Notes: generated by a model from the letters alone, not told the origin. A DNA stretch of 57,172 bases from a virus (IMGVR_UViG_3300006947_002434:1-57172); one strand, 5' to 3'. Positions 26,914-37,512 are shown, counted from the stretch's first letter. Translations and numbers: made by a program.

Positions 26914-27359
26914 CTGTAGTTTTTAATTACATCGCTACATATACCTAAGCAGTTACTCAAATCTTGAGTTGGAACGGTTTCAGGGAGTACTGCTATACTA
27001 TTAGAAGATAGGGACTTTCCAGGGAACGTCCAAATATATCCACGAGAAGTTATAGTAAAATCATCCTCTTGATGCCAGAAGTAGTTTAAATGTGCTCCGA
27101 TTGGATCTATCTCTTTTAGCTTTAATAAAGCTTCTGCATTTTTACAATGAATCCATAACTTAGTTCCATAGTCTTCTAATAAAGAAAGAGGTATGTTATA
27201 CTCAGGATCATCATGACCTAATCTAAACTTACCTTCCATGAACCAGAAATCTACTTCAACATTATAACCTTGCCTAACAGCCTCTAGTATATAATCAGGT
27301 GAGTTTTCTCTTTCTGGGTTGGGTCCGTTAATATTTCCTCTATGAGAAATTAGTATCAT
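26910..27359 (-). CDS. GDPD/PLC-like phosphodiesterase
   Basis: ISHRGN, ENS, VEVD, LGHD, WIHCKN, GICSD. Confidence 0.75.
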   Translation of the reverse strand: MILISHRGNINGPNPERENSPDYILEAVRQGYNVEVDFWFMEGKFRLGHDDPEYNIPLSLLEDYGTKLWIHCKNAEALLKLKEIDPIGAHLNYFWHQEDDFTITSRGYIWTFPGKSLSSNSIAVLPETVPTQDLSNCLGICSDVIKNYR

Positions 27360-27709
27360 ATTTCTTCTATACGTTTTGATTTATCATCTATAACTAAATC
27401 GAAATGTGGTTTAGTTGGATGGCAAAAAGGGCCATCTCTGTAACCTACTATTACATCACTAAATCTACAACCCCAATCCTTTAGTTGATTCTTTGTAAAT
27501 TCGTAATGATCTACCATTGATACTGATCCTCTAGCTGTCCAGTATGTGATAAGCCAACCTTCGTCGTGCATCTTATTTATTTTTGCAATATTTTCCTGTA
27601 TAGGTTCAGCTAAGTCATAACGTCTTCCCCCAGGGAAAATTGCGATGGTTTCATCTATATCTACTAATGCTTTCTTTTGTCCGTCTGAAAATGCTTTACT
27701 TGATTTCAT
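27356..27709 (-). CDS. HAD-like (capsule-biosynthesis-type) phosphatase
   Basis: VDIDETI, WTARG, KP..D..IDDK. Confidence 0.8.
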   Translation of the reverse strand: MKSSKAFSDGQKKALVDIDETIAIFPGGRRYDLAEPIQENIAKINKMHDEGWLITYWTARGSVSMVDHYEFTKNQLKDWGCRFSDVIVGYRDGPFCHPTKPHFDLVIDDKSKRIEEI

Positions 27710-27762
27710 ATTAGGCCTTTTGGGTCTGATTGTCTAAGTCTCTTTTTTTGTATGTAGTTCCT

Positions 27763-28644
27763 TTATACGAGTTTATAGATTTCTCTTATTACTTGTTTGT
27801 CTGTTAAGAATGGATCTAAAGTAACATGACCTGCATCTGGGAAGTAGTATTTAGGTCCTAATTTAGGATCTTCCATCTTTCTTATTACTCCATTGGGACC
27901 ATATAGCTGGTGAACAAAGTCTCCAGTTATAATTGTCTTAGTCCCTACTCCTGCAGCTAAGTTAGCAAGTCCTCCTTCTGCTCCTACAAAAGCATCACAA
28001 TATTTCATTACCGATGCTTCGAACAGAATTGATTTTGGATCATCATCTCTTATCTCTGTTGTATTAGCTTGAGACTTTCCAGGCATTCCTAATTGTAATA
28101 TAGTATACCTTTCTGATAGAGCTTTAACGATACCATGGGTATCTCTATTAGCGCCACCGTAGCCTTTGTTAGGAACATCTATTCCAGCTGCATATTGCTT
28201 TTTATTAAATAGAAATGTTCTTTCTTGCCAGTTACCCATTACACCAATTACCTTTTTACCTTTAGGTAGAGACATAAATAACTCTCTAGCTTTAAGATCT
28301 AAACCATCATTGGTGTATAGTTTATAAGAAGGATCTGAGTTTTTAAAGTTCTTTCTTGCTTTATACTCTGTTACCGGTGGTACTTCGAAACCTAAAGGAC
28401 CTAACTTAATCGTCCTATTGTATTTCATTACCTTGGGTAACATTTCCGGTCTTGTTATAGGACCGTTTGGTCTAGATACATGAACTGTCCTAATGAAAGG
28501 ATTGTTCTTAACTAGTGATTTCATTTGAGGAAATCCTATTAAATAATCGACTTGGTCGAACTCTTTAGATAATTCCTCTGCTAATCCAGTGGCAAATGCT
28601 ATATCGCCAAAGAATCCATGTGTTGCTACTAATACTTTACTCAT
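27763..28644 (-). CDS. GT9-like (heptosyltransferase-fold) glycosyltransferase
   Basis: GFFGDI, NNPFI, CDAFVGAEGGLANLAAGVG. Confidence 0.7.
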   Translation of the reverse strand: MSKVLVATHGFFGDIAFATGLAEELSKEFDQVDYLIGFPQMKSLVKNNPFIRTVHVSRPNGPITRPEMLPKVMKYNRTIKLGPLGFEVPPVTEYKARKNFKNSDPSYKLYTNDGLDLKARELFMSLPKGKKVIGVMGNWQERTFLFNKKQYAAGIDVPNKGYGGANRDTHGIVKALSERYTILQLGMPGKSQANTTEIRDDDPKSILFEASVMKYCDAFVGAEGGLANLAAGVGTKTIITGDFVHQLYGPNGVIRKMEDPKLGPKYYFPDAGHVTLDPFLTDKQVIREIYKLV

Positions 28645-29023
28645 AACTTTTGTAAGATTTTTCTTCTACCAGCATTGAACCAGTAAGTTTGTTAATTTGT
28701 TTTTTTATAGCAGCCCTTTTATCGTTCTCAATGTATACCGATCTTGCTATTGTAATGAACTCATCATTGAATTTCTTTGATTGTTCACAGGCTCTTATTG
28801 CATCTTCCATAAACCATAATTCTTGATTTACTTCTGATAGTTTTAGGAACAGATCCTTTAATGGATGTCCAAATTCTTCTATTAATTCTATATAACTAGG
28901 ATTTAGTGTTTCTAGCTCTTTTGTTATATTATCTAATTTATCTACCTCTTCTATACGTAAACTTTTAATTTCCAATATAGATAACTTATCTAATAATTCT
29001 CCTATTGATACTTCTACTTTCAT
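28637..29023 (-). CDS. DUF6165-like helical protein associated with glycosyltransferases
   Basis: VSIGELLDKLSILEIK, VN..LW..ED..R, ARSVY..ND.RA.IK..IN, EEKSY. Confidence 0.7.
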   Translation of the reverse strand: MKVEVSIGELLDKLSILEIKSLRIEEVDKLDNITKELETLNPSYIELIEEFGHPLKDLFLKLSEVNQELWFMEDAIRACEQSKKFNDEFITIARSVYIENDKRAAIKKQINKLTGSMLVEEKSYKSYE

Positions 29024-29733
29024 ACTTTAAAATTATTAATTTTTAACCATGTAACTTTCTCCCATCCTGCTTCTTTAAATTCAAATGTTTTAACATCAGC
29101 TGAAAGATCTAGATAACCTATTTGAGGGAAGGTTTTATTATACTGCTCTAAGAGTTGATGATTGTTAATAAAGTCTTTATCGTCTCTTGGTGGGCAATTA
29201 TCTTTATGATCTAATGCATAGAATAACCCTTTCTCCTGCCTAAAACATTGTAGATTTTTATTTGCTAATCTTAATCTAGTTTCTTCTTCTTCTTTCCCCC
29301 ATCCAATATAAAGAGGGTTGAAACCGTTTATAGCTTCCATATGTGATCTTGAAAGCATAAATACTCCACCCCAGTGGTTGCCTACATCTTGATAAAAATT
29401 CTTATAACCATCAGGAATATCACCTAGTCTTTTAGGTTTATTATGTTCATCTAAGAATAATACTCTCTTAACCGGGTAAGTAGGTGAGTTATTTATTAAT
29501 TCATACTTTACATCATCACTTGGTACGTAGTCCACATCATGAAATATTATAACATCTCCTTTTGTATACTTAAATCCTATATTATAAAGAGAAGAAAGTC
29601 TAAACTTCTCAGTATCGTCTTGCTCTGCCACAATTATTTCATAATCCTTACCTTCAAATTTCTTATGCAGGGAAGGCATTAGTAATTCTATATGATCTTT
29701 ACGATCCCTGTATGGAATTATTATACTATACAT
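29020..29733 (-). CDS. Glycosyltransferase family 7 (galactosyltransferase-like)
   Basis: IIIPYRDR..H, EQ, NIGF, IFHDVD, GGV, INGF...Y.GWG.EEEE...R. Confidence 0.85.
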   Translation of the reverse strand: MYSIIIPYRDRKDHIELLMPSLHKKFEGKDYEIIVAEQDDTEKFRLSSLYNIGFKYTKGDVIIFHDVDYVPSDDVKYELINNSPTYPVKRVLFLDEHNKPKRLGDIPDGYKNFYQDVGNHWGGVFMLSRSHMEAINGFNPLYIGWGKEEEETRLRLANKNLQCFRQEKGLFYALDHKDNCPPRDDKDFINNHQLLEQYNKTFPQIGYLDLSADVKTFEFKEAGWEKVTWLKINNFKV

Positions 29734-30607
29734 TTTGGAAAGGAAATTTTAAATGTTTTTGTTTTCCACTTTTCACAAATGAGCGATTTAATTCAAAGAA
29801 CTTATTGGTGAATTTTTTACGAAAATCATCGGTTAATCTATTGTATATATTATCTAATTCACCACTTTTGTATAAATCACTAATCCAATCAACATGAGTT
29901 GCTCTTGTAATAGTACCGGTGTTCAGTCCATTTTGTGGACCTGGTGAGATACATAGATTGATAATCATTTGTTTTACGAGATACGTGGCATGTGTAACGT
30001 GTCCAAGTACTCGGTTATTAGATAGTGTATAATCCATAATAGTATCATGTAAATTACAATATATATTTATAGAATTTGAACTACCTATTATAAATTTATC
30101 ATCCGAATAATAACACTCTTCCGGTTCACCATTTATCATTTTTACGTAAGGTAATGTTCCAGTTTCAGTATATACACCCATTGATGGAATCAATTGATGA
30201 GATTTTTTTCCAATAATAAGTTCGTTAATCGAATCTAATAATCCCAAATCAAAATAAATATCAGGCCGTGTTGCAACGATACAGTCATATTTTACATTAG
30301 TTTCAGTTACATAATCATTCTTAAGTTTATTTACTTGTTTTAATAAATAATAATATGATGAAACACTACATTTATTGAGTTTAGGGCTGTATTGTACGAA
30401 TTCATATTTTGTTAGGAATGGGTATGAACTCATATCGTAATCAATCCTATCAAATCCATCATCCCACGTTGATAAGAAAAAATCATATTGTACATCTGGG
30501 TATATACTGTTGTATAATTCAAACATTTTAGATGTAATATCCCAATGTCTTAATTGTCCTCCAAGTAATATGGCTATTCTTATTTTCTTTTCTGTAAATG
30601 ATTTCAT
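29726..30607 (-). CDS. Putative glycan-modifying transferase (paralog of 26089-26913)
   Basis: RIAILLGGQLR, DFFLSTW, KYDCIVATRPD. Confidence 0.55.
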   Translation of the reverse strand: MKSFTEKKIRIAILLGGQLRHWDITSKMFELYNSIYPDVQYDFFLSTWDDGFDRIDYDMSSYPFLTKYEFVQYSPKLNKCSVSSYYYLLKQVNKLKNDYVTETNVKYDCIVATRPDIYFDLGLLDSINELIIGKKSHQLIPSMGVYTETGTLPYVKMINGEPEECYYSDDKFIIGSSNSINIYCNLHDTIMDYTLSNNRVLGHVTHATYLVKQMIINLCISPGPQNGLNTGTITRATHVDWISDLYKSGELDNIYNRLTDDFRKKFTNKFFELNRSFVKSGKQKHLKFPFQNV

Positions 30608-31449
30608 TTATTTACGTTTAATTCTGGTATTCTATCATATTGGTGTACAAAAATGTATTTCTTTCCATCATGAGTGTAGACTTCTTTATCTTTTATATAG
30701 GGTTCTGGTTCGTTTAATTGTTTAATATTTTCTGGTTTAGTTTTATCCATAAAGGTTCCACAATGTATAGCTAATCCTTCTTCTGATTTAGCTTTTTTAA
30801 CTTTATCGAACCATACTGTCTTTAACATCAGATTCATCCCTACTTGATCCGCTACTTGATGCCCTATTCCTAATAGGTAATTGAATAAAGCAAAGTCTTT
30901 AAGTGCTTCTGCATATCCTCCTACTACTCCTACATTGTAGATAGTTTCGTTGGCTACCTCCCTATAAAAGTAGGGTCCAAAATTCTTTAAGAATGTATCT
31001 TTCCCCCAAGGTTCATTTTCAAATGTAAGTCCTTCAGATGCAAAGACTAGTAACTTATCTCCTAAGTTGGTATCAAGCCATTTAATAGGGTCTCCCTGTA
31101 AATAAACGTCTCTAACATCAGTTAAGAAGACGTACTTGTACTTACCTATGCTGTCAGCTATTAACTGGTAGGTATGAAAGAACCTAGAATTATGTACTAG
31201 TGTGTAACTATCAGTTACACTGACTTGTCCTGTATTAGGATTAAATTTTTCTACCTGTTTGCCAAAATGGTCATGTTTTATAGTATAAGATACAATACCT
31301 TGATCTTTAATATACTGTTTTACTTCGTCAGTGCTTCCATAATCAAGTAATATGATAACTCCTTTGAAGTGTTCCTTAGTAGATTCAATCCATTTATCTA
31401 TCTGGTTAATATTTAAATCGCAAATTGCTCCTAATATTAGATTAGTCAT
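30604..31449 (-). CDS. Nucleotide-diphospho-sugar transferase-like protein
   Basis: YVFLTDVRDV (DxD), NVGVVGG, DQ..MN, VHQYDR. Confidence 0.7.
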   Translation of the reverse strand: MTNLILGAICDLNINQIDKWIESTKEHFKGVIILLDYGSTDEVKQYIKDQGIVSYTIKHDHFGKQVEKFNPNTGQVSVTDSYTLVHNSRFFHTYQLIADSIGKYKYVFLTDVRDVYLQGDPIKWLDTNLGDKLLVFASEGLTFENEPWGKDTFLKNFGPYFYREVANETIYNVGVVGGYAEALKDFALFNYLLGIGHQVADQVGMNLMLKTVWFDKVKKAKSEEGLAIHCGTFMDKTKPENIKQLNEPEPYIKDKEVYTHDGKKYIFVHQYDRIPELNVNK

Positions 31450-31982
31450 TATATACCGAATTGTGTTAATTTATCTTTAAATGATTCAAATCCAATCTTA
31501 GCATACTTAAGCCATTGGTCTTGACTGCCATCATCACTTACCCATTTATATGAATATACGATAATTCCTGCAGAAAAACAACTTTCTGCAATAGAATATA
31601 GTTCCATATCTACTATATCACATTCTTTTATTTTATCTTTGTAACTATCTAAATGATTATCAGATGGATCATACATATGATCTGTAGTTAAGCATTTGAC
31701 TTCACCGCCAGGTAAGTACAATTCTTCCGGAATATAAAAACCTTTTGTGTCGATATCGTTTATAACTGTAGATACTTCTAATACTTCTCCTAATTCAAAA
31801 TCTTTAAGGTTGCCGCAGGATCCAAAGTTAATTACTATATCTGGTCGGTGTTCTAAAATTAGTCTTGTTGTATTAATTGCAGCATTAATTTTACCGATTC
31901 CAGTAAGGTGTATTGGTACTCCTCTTATTTCTTTACTGTTGTGTTCATAATCTGTAGCTGATAGTAACAGTATTTTATCCAT
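31449..31982 (-). CDS. 5'-methylthioadenosine/S-adenosylhomocysteine nucleosidase-like protein (PNP_UDP family)
   Basis: TGIGKINAA, VINFGSCG, VDMELYSIA, K.VSD. Confidence 0.8.
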   Translation of the reverse strand: MDKILLLSATDYEHNSKEIRGVPIHLTGIGKINAAINTTRLILEHRPDIVINFGSCGNLKDFELGEVLEVSTVINDIDTKGFYIPEELYLPGGEVKCLTTDHMYDPSDNHLDSYKDKIKECDIVDMELYSIAESCFSAGIIVYSYKWVSDDGSQDQWLKYAKIGFESFKDKLTQFGI

Positions 31983-32460
31983 AATGTACTACTGATTTTA
32001 CGTTGCTCTCCTTAATTCCTATGTCTATAAAGCATATACTATCAAGATGAGTATACCCTGCTTTAGATACTATCTCTTCCGCTGCTGACATGGTGCCACC
32101 AGAAGCGTACACATCATCTACAATCACTACAGAGCCTGTTCCTTTCTGTATTTGCATCATATCTACTCCATACTCTAACTTATAACTGGCAGTAACTAAA
32201 TCTACTTGAGGCAACTTACCCCATTTACGTATTAGTTTAATTCCTCCTCCGAACCTAATTGATAATGCTGTAGCAAAGATAAAACCTCTTGCTTCGATTG
32301 CTACCCAGTAATCAGGTACGGAAGTTAGGCATCTCATACTAGTAATAGCACTATCAAATACTACTTGGTTTGCTAAGAGTGGTTGAATATCTCTAAACAG
32401 TATTCCTTCTTCAGGATGATCTTTTACGTTATTAATGTATTTTTTATAGTTGGGTCTCAT
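31975..32460 (-). CDS. apt: Adenine phosphoribosyltransferase
   Basis: P.EGILFRDIQPLL, IEARGFIF, IRK.GKLP, Y.LEYG, VVIVDDV.ASGGT. Confidence 0.9.
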   Translation of the reverse strand: MRPNYKKYINNVKDHPEEGILFRDIQPLLANQVVFDSAITSMRCLTSVPDYWVAIEARGFIFATALSIRFGGGIKLIRKWGKLPQVDLVTASYKLEYGVDMMQIQKGTGSVVIVDDVYASGGTMSAAEEIVSKAGYTHLDSICFIDIGIKESNVKSVVHYG

Positions 32461-33113
32461 GTTATATACTTCTTATTTATGTATACAAAATCTTCTTGAA
32501 TCGGTTTATAATTCTTCATATTACTGTTCTTAAAGAATTGATTTGACTGCCCAACCTTAAGACCTTTCTGATATCCGATTTTAGTCATGTACTTGTCTAC
32601 TTCTATAGCTTTTGGAGCTCCAATATTATAATCCACATAAGACATCTCTAATATCACCATTACAGCTTTATCGAGTAACTTAGTACCGCCTCTCATTATA
32701 TCAATTTCTGATCCTTGAGTATCCATTTTAATTAAGTCAAAACCTCCTTCATCTCCAAACATAGTATTTAAAGTAGTAGTAGTTCGTTCTTCTATAATAA
32801 CGTTTCCATCTGCGAAATGTTCTGTATTCTCCCTATATATTGAATTACCTGTACTAGTATCTTCGTTTTTCTGTTTATAGAATTTTACGTCTTTTATACT
32901 GTCACTTAGTAATGTAATTACATATTTATGTTGTAGTTTCTTTAAATGCTTTTCACATTGTTGAGTTCCTTCTATACAAAACATATCTGAGTTTGGCCAT
33001 ACATCTTTGCATTCAGTAGCAAATTCTCCTATTTGTGCTCCAATATCTAGAATAGTTCTTGGTTCAAAGGTATAAAACTCTTGTATGTTTTTTAGTTGAA
33101 TCCCTGTAGCCAT
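32457..33113 (-). CDS. FkbM-family methyltransferase
   Basis: ILDIGAQIG, TTLN, DLIKMDTQGSE.DIMRGG. Confidence 0.88.
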   Translation of the reverse strand: MATGIQLKNIQEFYTFEPRTILDIGAQIGEFATECKDVWPNSDMFCIEGTQQCEKHLKKLQHKYVITLLSDSIKDVKFYKQKNEDTSTGNSIYRENTEHFADGNVIIEERTTTTLNTMFGDEGGFDLIKMDTQGSEIDIMRGGTKLLDKAVMVILEMSYVDYNIGAPKAIEVDKYMTKIGYQKGLKVGQSNQFFKNSNMKNYKPIQEDFVYINKKYIT

Positions 33114-33445
33114 TATTGTTTGTAAGCTGAGATTAGATTAATTGCCCCAGAATCATCAAATTCTATAACGTCTATAACTTTTAAAGGTTTTTGGTTGTCA
33201 ATATCAATTTCTATCATACAGTAGAATGTTTTATTATCATCTGTACTAGTATGTCTTCGAGTTACATCTATAACTGATATGTTATTAAATATATTATGAA
33301 ATGATGTTACAACTGCTTCAATTCCGTCTGCATTTATCTCCCAATCTGTTAAGGTGATAGAGGGTGAGAACATCTTCTGTAGTCCATCTAAGTCTTTGTT
33401 TGAAAATAATTTAAAGTATTTTTCGATTGAATCTAAGTTTTTCAT
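33113..33445 (-). CDS. SnoaL/NTF2-like protein
   Basis: YF..F..KDL..L..MF....L.DW, VIDVIEFD..G.I..I.AY. Confidence 0.75.
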   Translation of the reverse strand: MKNLDSIEKYFKLFSNKDLDGLQKMFSPSITLTDWEINADGIEAVVTSFHNIFNNISVIDVTRRHTSTDDNKTFYCMIEIDIDNQKPLKVIDVIEFDDSGAINLISAYKQ

Positions 33446-34065
33446 AATGTATTATAATAATTATTTTGTTTTTCTTGTTTTTTAATTCCTTTTGGGTGGA
33501 ATAATGCGGATGCTTCTTCCGTTGGTAGAGGTGCAAAAGTTTTATAACCTTCTAATTTTTCATGTACTTTTTTTGTCCATTTGATCTCTGGTTTATTCTT
33601 CCAAATTCTCCATTGATAATCAGGCCAGTTAACCCAACCTTTTTCGTTTACTTTCCAGTTCCATTGATCAATATGTTGAGGCGTTAGACCTTCTACTGTA
33701 TTTACTCTTGGTACTCTAAATGCTTCTATATCTGGGTTTCCTTCTATAATGCGAGGTAGGTTTTTTATTAATATTTCATTAGGAATTTCATCTGCATCTA
33801 TTTGAAATATATAATCTCCATTACATAATAAAGTTAATTGGTTTTTCCAATCTGCAAAATGACCTTTAAATTCTCCTTTATGCCATGCAAACTCACTATT
33901 AACTGATTTTGCTCTAAGGAATTCTTCTACTCCTTTATCACCATTTATACTATCGTACAGAATGACTACTTCATCTTCTACTCTTTTATTCTCTAATAGA
34001 AAATAAACTAGCTTTTGAATTTCAATGAACTCATTACAAACTGTTATAGCATATGATAACTTCAT
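33442..34065 (-). CDS. Glycosyltransferase family 2
   Basis: LSYAITV.NE, F..WKN, DYIFQIDADE, PD.Q.R, VHE. Confidence 0.85.
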   Translation of the reverse strand: MKLSYAITVCNEFIEIQKLVYFLLENKRVEDEVVILYDSINGDKGVEEFLRAKSVNSEFAWHKGEFKGHFADWKNQLTLLCNGDYIFQIDADEIPNEILIKNLPRIIEGNPDIEAFRVPRVNTVEGLTPQHIDQWNWKVNEKGWVNWPDYQWRIWKNKPEIKWTKKVHEKLEGYKTFAPLPTEEASALFHPKGIKKQEKQNNYYNTL

Positions 34066-34547
34066 TTAGATTCTTCTTTATCTTCAGCTGCGAATGGAAT
34101 TTGAAAGAAGCCAATGTACTCTAAAGCATCCATAAATCCTCTGTCTTTATTAAAACCTTTCATGTTCTTCATATCCATCTTAAAAGTTTGGTCAGCAGGA
34201 AACTTACCAGATTTTATTTCTGTTTCTGTTAATGTTTTTGATAGTATAGCAGACCATTTCCAATTATCTTTATCTGTTCCATCTGCAAATACCATTCCTT
34301 GCCCTGGTAATGTTAAAGTTGCTGGAAACCATACGTTTTTATCATCAGTTACTGTTTTTATATCTGAGTATAGCGTTGGTGATGTTTCAAGGGTATCTGC
34401 TACTAGTTGGGAATCTTCTGTCATTAACGTTGATGATGTATAACCACAGCCCATACACATCCAAGTTGTTGTGTTTTCGTCAACTATTGTTTCATAACAA
34501 GCGTTACTTTGACACCTTTTACAGGTAATTAAATTATCTCTATTCAT
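34062..34547 (-). CDS. Zinc-ribbon protein
   Basis: CKRC...CMGCG. Confidence 0.65.
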   Translation of the reverse strand: MNRDNLITCKRCQSNACYETIVDENTTTWMCMGCGYTSSTLMTEDSQLVADTLETSPTLYSDIKTVTDDKNVWFPATLTLPGQGMVFADGTDKDNWKWSAILSKTLTETEIKSGKFPADQTFKMDMKNMKGFNKDRGFMDALEYIGFFQIPFAAEDKEESK

Positions 34548-35826
34548 TTTTTGTTAATTTAGGTATTTCTAAAATCGGTAACTTTAATTCTAATTCCTTA
34601 GGAGGTTCTTTAACATACTCTTTTAAATATCCTTCTAGAATTTCTTGCATCTTATCGAAGCAGAAATCAGTTCTATTTCTGAACTTTAGCTTTTTAGCTC
34701 TAATTACCCACTCTTTATAATGTTTTATTATTTGTTTGTAAGCATGATTAGTTTGAGCGTCGTTAGGCATAAACCAGCTTGACTCCGGTATTAGTATGTC
34801 TTTCTGAACTGATGATTTATCTAACTTCTTTAACTCTCCTCCAATCAATATAGTTAACTTTTTATCTAAAAAATCTACTTGGCCAGACCATCCTGAAGCT
34901 ATTATAGGTTTGCCTATTAAACTAAATTCTAACAAAGGTCTTCCGAAGCCTTCTCCTCTAGTATGACTCACCATAGCTTTTACTTTTTGATGATTGTATA
35001 AATCATTTACTTCAGAGTCAGCCATTTCTCCATGAAGTAAGTAAATATTAGGTAACTTACCTTTTACTTGTGATCGTATTGCTTCAATTTTTTTAAGAAT
35101 ACTATTTCTATCCATTATAGATGAACCTACTTCTTGTATCTTTAAAATCAGACCTGGTGTATTTTTTCTAGAGTTTTTAAATGTCTCTAGAAAAGATTTA
35201 ATAGTGTATCCAATATTTTTTCTATCATGTCCTAAGTTTCCTTGCATCCAATGGCCGCATACTAGGAAATTAAATGATTCTTTAATACTATCTAGCTCGT
35301 CTACAACACTTCCCTTAGTTACTTTCTTTGGGAAATATTTATCTAGGTTACCTCCTTCCAATAAGACTTCTAAAGGTTTTAGAAGTGCAATCTTCTCATG
35401 TACCTTTTTGGTTCGTTCATCTACCTTCTCGTAATTAGCTTCTCGGAATACTTTTGCACTATGCTTTGATGATACTAAATTTAAGTCCATTCTGTTTAGA
35501 CCTTGTATCCATGTTGCATGACATAGTGTTGTTTCTATTCCAGCTGTAACTCCTATGTTATAGTGACCTACTGGTTGGAATTCATTAGGTACGGTAATTT
35601 GAAACCAAATATCAGGTTTTGAAGCTACTTGACCAATAATCATACTCTCCATTAAATCTTCGTCATGGTCAGATAAATAACCTGCTCTACAGTTACCCCA
35701 CTTTTGAGCTAGAATCTCTATATCGTACTTATCTAGATTTATTAAAGCTTGTACAAAATCTCTTGATCTTGCTCCGTAACCACTATATGTGTCTATTGGA
35801 CAACTTACTACTACATTTTGTCTCAT
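34540..35826 (-). CDS. Glycosyltransferase family 4 (GT-B)
   Basis: SGYG..SR, RKNI, RGEGFGRPLLE, PIIASGWSG..DF. Confidence 0.85.
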   Translation of the reverse strand: MRQNVVVSCPIDTYSGYGARSRDFVQALINLDKYDIEILAQKWGNCRAGYLSDHDEDLMESMIIGQVASKPDIWFQITVPNEFQPVGHYNIGVTAGIETTLCHATWIQGLNRMDLNLVSSKHSAKVFREANYEKVDERTKKVHEKIALLKPLEVLLEGGNLDKYFPKKVTKGSVVDELDSIKESFNFLVCGHWMQGNLGHDRKNIGYTIKSFLETFKNSRKNTPGLILKIQEVGSSIMDRNSILKKIEAIRSQVKGKLPNIYLLHGEMADSEVNDLYNHQKVKAMVSHTRGEGFGRPLLEFSLIGKPIIASGWSGQVDFLDKKLTILIGGELKKLDKSSVQKDILIPESSWFMPNDAQTNHAYKQIIKHYKEWVIRAKKLKFRNRTDFCFDKMQEILEGYLKEYVKEPPKELELKLPILEIPKLTKNE

Positions 35827-35829
35827 ATT

Positions 35830-37269
35830 CTAATAACCAGTTAATTTATGTTCTATATACTTTCTTTTTGGTGTTTCAACTAAAGTTAAATCAAAAGCTT
35901 TTCTAGGTGTGAATATTTCAAAAGCTTCGTCACATGCTTTCATAACGTTCTTAGCCATATTTTCTGAGCTCATCATTGCTTCATCACTCATAGCGAAATG
36001 CCTACCTTTTAATCCTCTTTTGTTTCTTTCTTCTTTCCCTAATTTATATAACTTATAAATTGCTTTTGCAATATCCTCTGGATCGCATCGGTCATCATAT
36101 ATGTAAGGGGTCTTTGGTGAACCAGCTAATGAAATATTAGATGGGTATATTGGTTCAGCCCATATTCCATGTTTCTTGTAAGTACCTCTATGATTAGAAG
36201 GTACATCCAGGGAAGGAGTAAACCATTCTTCTTTTTCATCTACAAATCTCATTTGATCTTGCATACCTCCTGTTGTATTAGCGATTACCATAGTACCTGC
36301 CATCATTGACTCAGTTATAGATAATCCCCATCCTTCATTAGAGGATGGTAAAACTGTTACATCTGCTAGATTATAGAGAGTATTCAACTGTGGTGTTGTT
36401 AATTTAGCTTGTGAAAACATTACATTAACGTAGTCTGGGTCACATAGTGCTTCCTTAACTGCAAGTAAGTCTGTTCCGTTATTGTCTACTACTTTTGTGT
36501 GCATAATCATAGCACATTTTTTAGCTTCTTCTTTTGTTAACATATCAGCAAATAATCTATATGCTAATACTAAATCATGTGGATGTTTTCTTTGTATATT
36601 TCTTGAATTAAAAAATACTGTAAAGTCTATATTCTTTCCTTTATAGGTTTCTTTCTTAAATTCTTCGAATTTTTCTTCTTGACCTTCAATAGGAAAGAAT
36701 GCTTTATGCTCTATACCATGAGGTATGTACTTAATAAGCCTATTCTCTTTGTCTTCCCCTAATACTAACTCATTTACTAATTTAGTCTGTTTAGATATAG
36801 CCATTAGTAAATCTACTGAGCTGTAATAATCTTTATTATATAATGGTATAGGAAGATCATCCCAAATGTTTAAAAAGAAAATTGGAATTTCAGCCCTTAT
36901 TTCTCTTTCCATTTCAAATAACCAAATCCAATACCTAGGATCAGTAAATAAGAAGATTGCATCTGGTTTTTCACTTCTGATGAGATTCCTAACTATTTGT
37001 TGATTACCATATCCATTGTGAGACATTATCTTTACTTCAGCATCATCTATCTTTAGTTTGTCGTTAATTTCTTTTGATACATCAAATACCTTACCTGAAT
37101 CTGGATGATCTAGGGCTGCTCCTAATTGGAAATAGTTATAGTGGTGTGCTGTATTAGAAACTATTTCTCTTGCCATTGTAGCAACACCCGAATGTAATCT
37201 TATATCATCGCAAAGTAAAAAGATTTTTTTCCTTTCTGCTTTTGGGATATAACCTTTAATTTTATTCAT
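35830..37269 (-). CDS. Glycosyltransferase family 4 (GT-B)
   Basis: IPHG, RNIQRK, YN.ADV.VLPS.NEGWGL...ESM..G, TGG..DQ. Confidence 0.88.
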   Translation of the reverse strand: MNKIKGYIPKAERKKIFLLCDDIRLHSGVATMAREIVSNTAHHYNYFQLGAALDHPDSGKVFDVSKEINDKLKIDDAEVKIMSHNGYGNQQIVRNLIRSEKPDAIFLFTDPRYWIWLFEMEREIRAEIPIFFLNIWDDLPIPLYNKDYYSSVDLLMAISKQTKLVNELVLGEDKENRLIKYIPHGIEHKAFFPIEGQEEKFEEFKKETYKGKNIDFTVFFNSRNIQRKHPHDLVLAYRLFADMLTKEEAKKCAMIMHTKVVDNNGTDLLAVKEALCDPDYVNVMFSQAKLTTPQLNTLYNLADVTVLPSSNEGWGLSITESMMAGTMVIANTTGGMQDQMRFVDEKEEWFTPSLDVPSNHRGTYKKHGIWAEPIYPSNISLAGSPKTPYIYDDRCDPEDIAKAIYKLYKLGKEERNKRGLKGRHFAMSDEAMMSSENMAKNVMKACDEAFEIFTPRKAFDLTLVETPKRKYIEHKLTGY

Positions 37270-37474
37270 AAATGCTTTTAGTTTTTATTTTTAACCTTGT
37301 ATTATTCTGTTGCTGTATAACACCTCTAAACTTCTTATCAGTAAGATAAAGAAAAATGGCACGGGAGGCAAGCTTTTGGAAGGAAAATTTATCCTGAACG
37401 CAACGGAATTTAAACTCTTGAAACAACTCATCTTCTAAGCGGACTGTTGTTAATCTTTTTTCAGTACTTTTCAT
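37262..37474 (-). CDS. Ribbon-helix-helix-like DNA-binding protein
   Basis: LTTVRL...LF..FK..C.....SFQ.L...AI..YL; class-2 motif at 37501-37508. Confidence 0.6.
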   Translation of the reverse strand: MKSTEKRLTTVRLEDELFQEFKFRCVQDKFSFQKLASRAIFLYLTDKKFRGVIQQQNNTRLKIKTKSIYE

Positions 37475-37512
37475 AACTATATATCTTTATATATTTATAT
37501 ATAAATAGGCAT

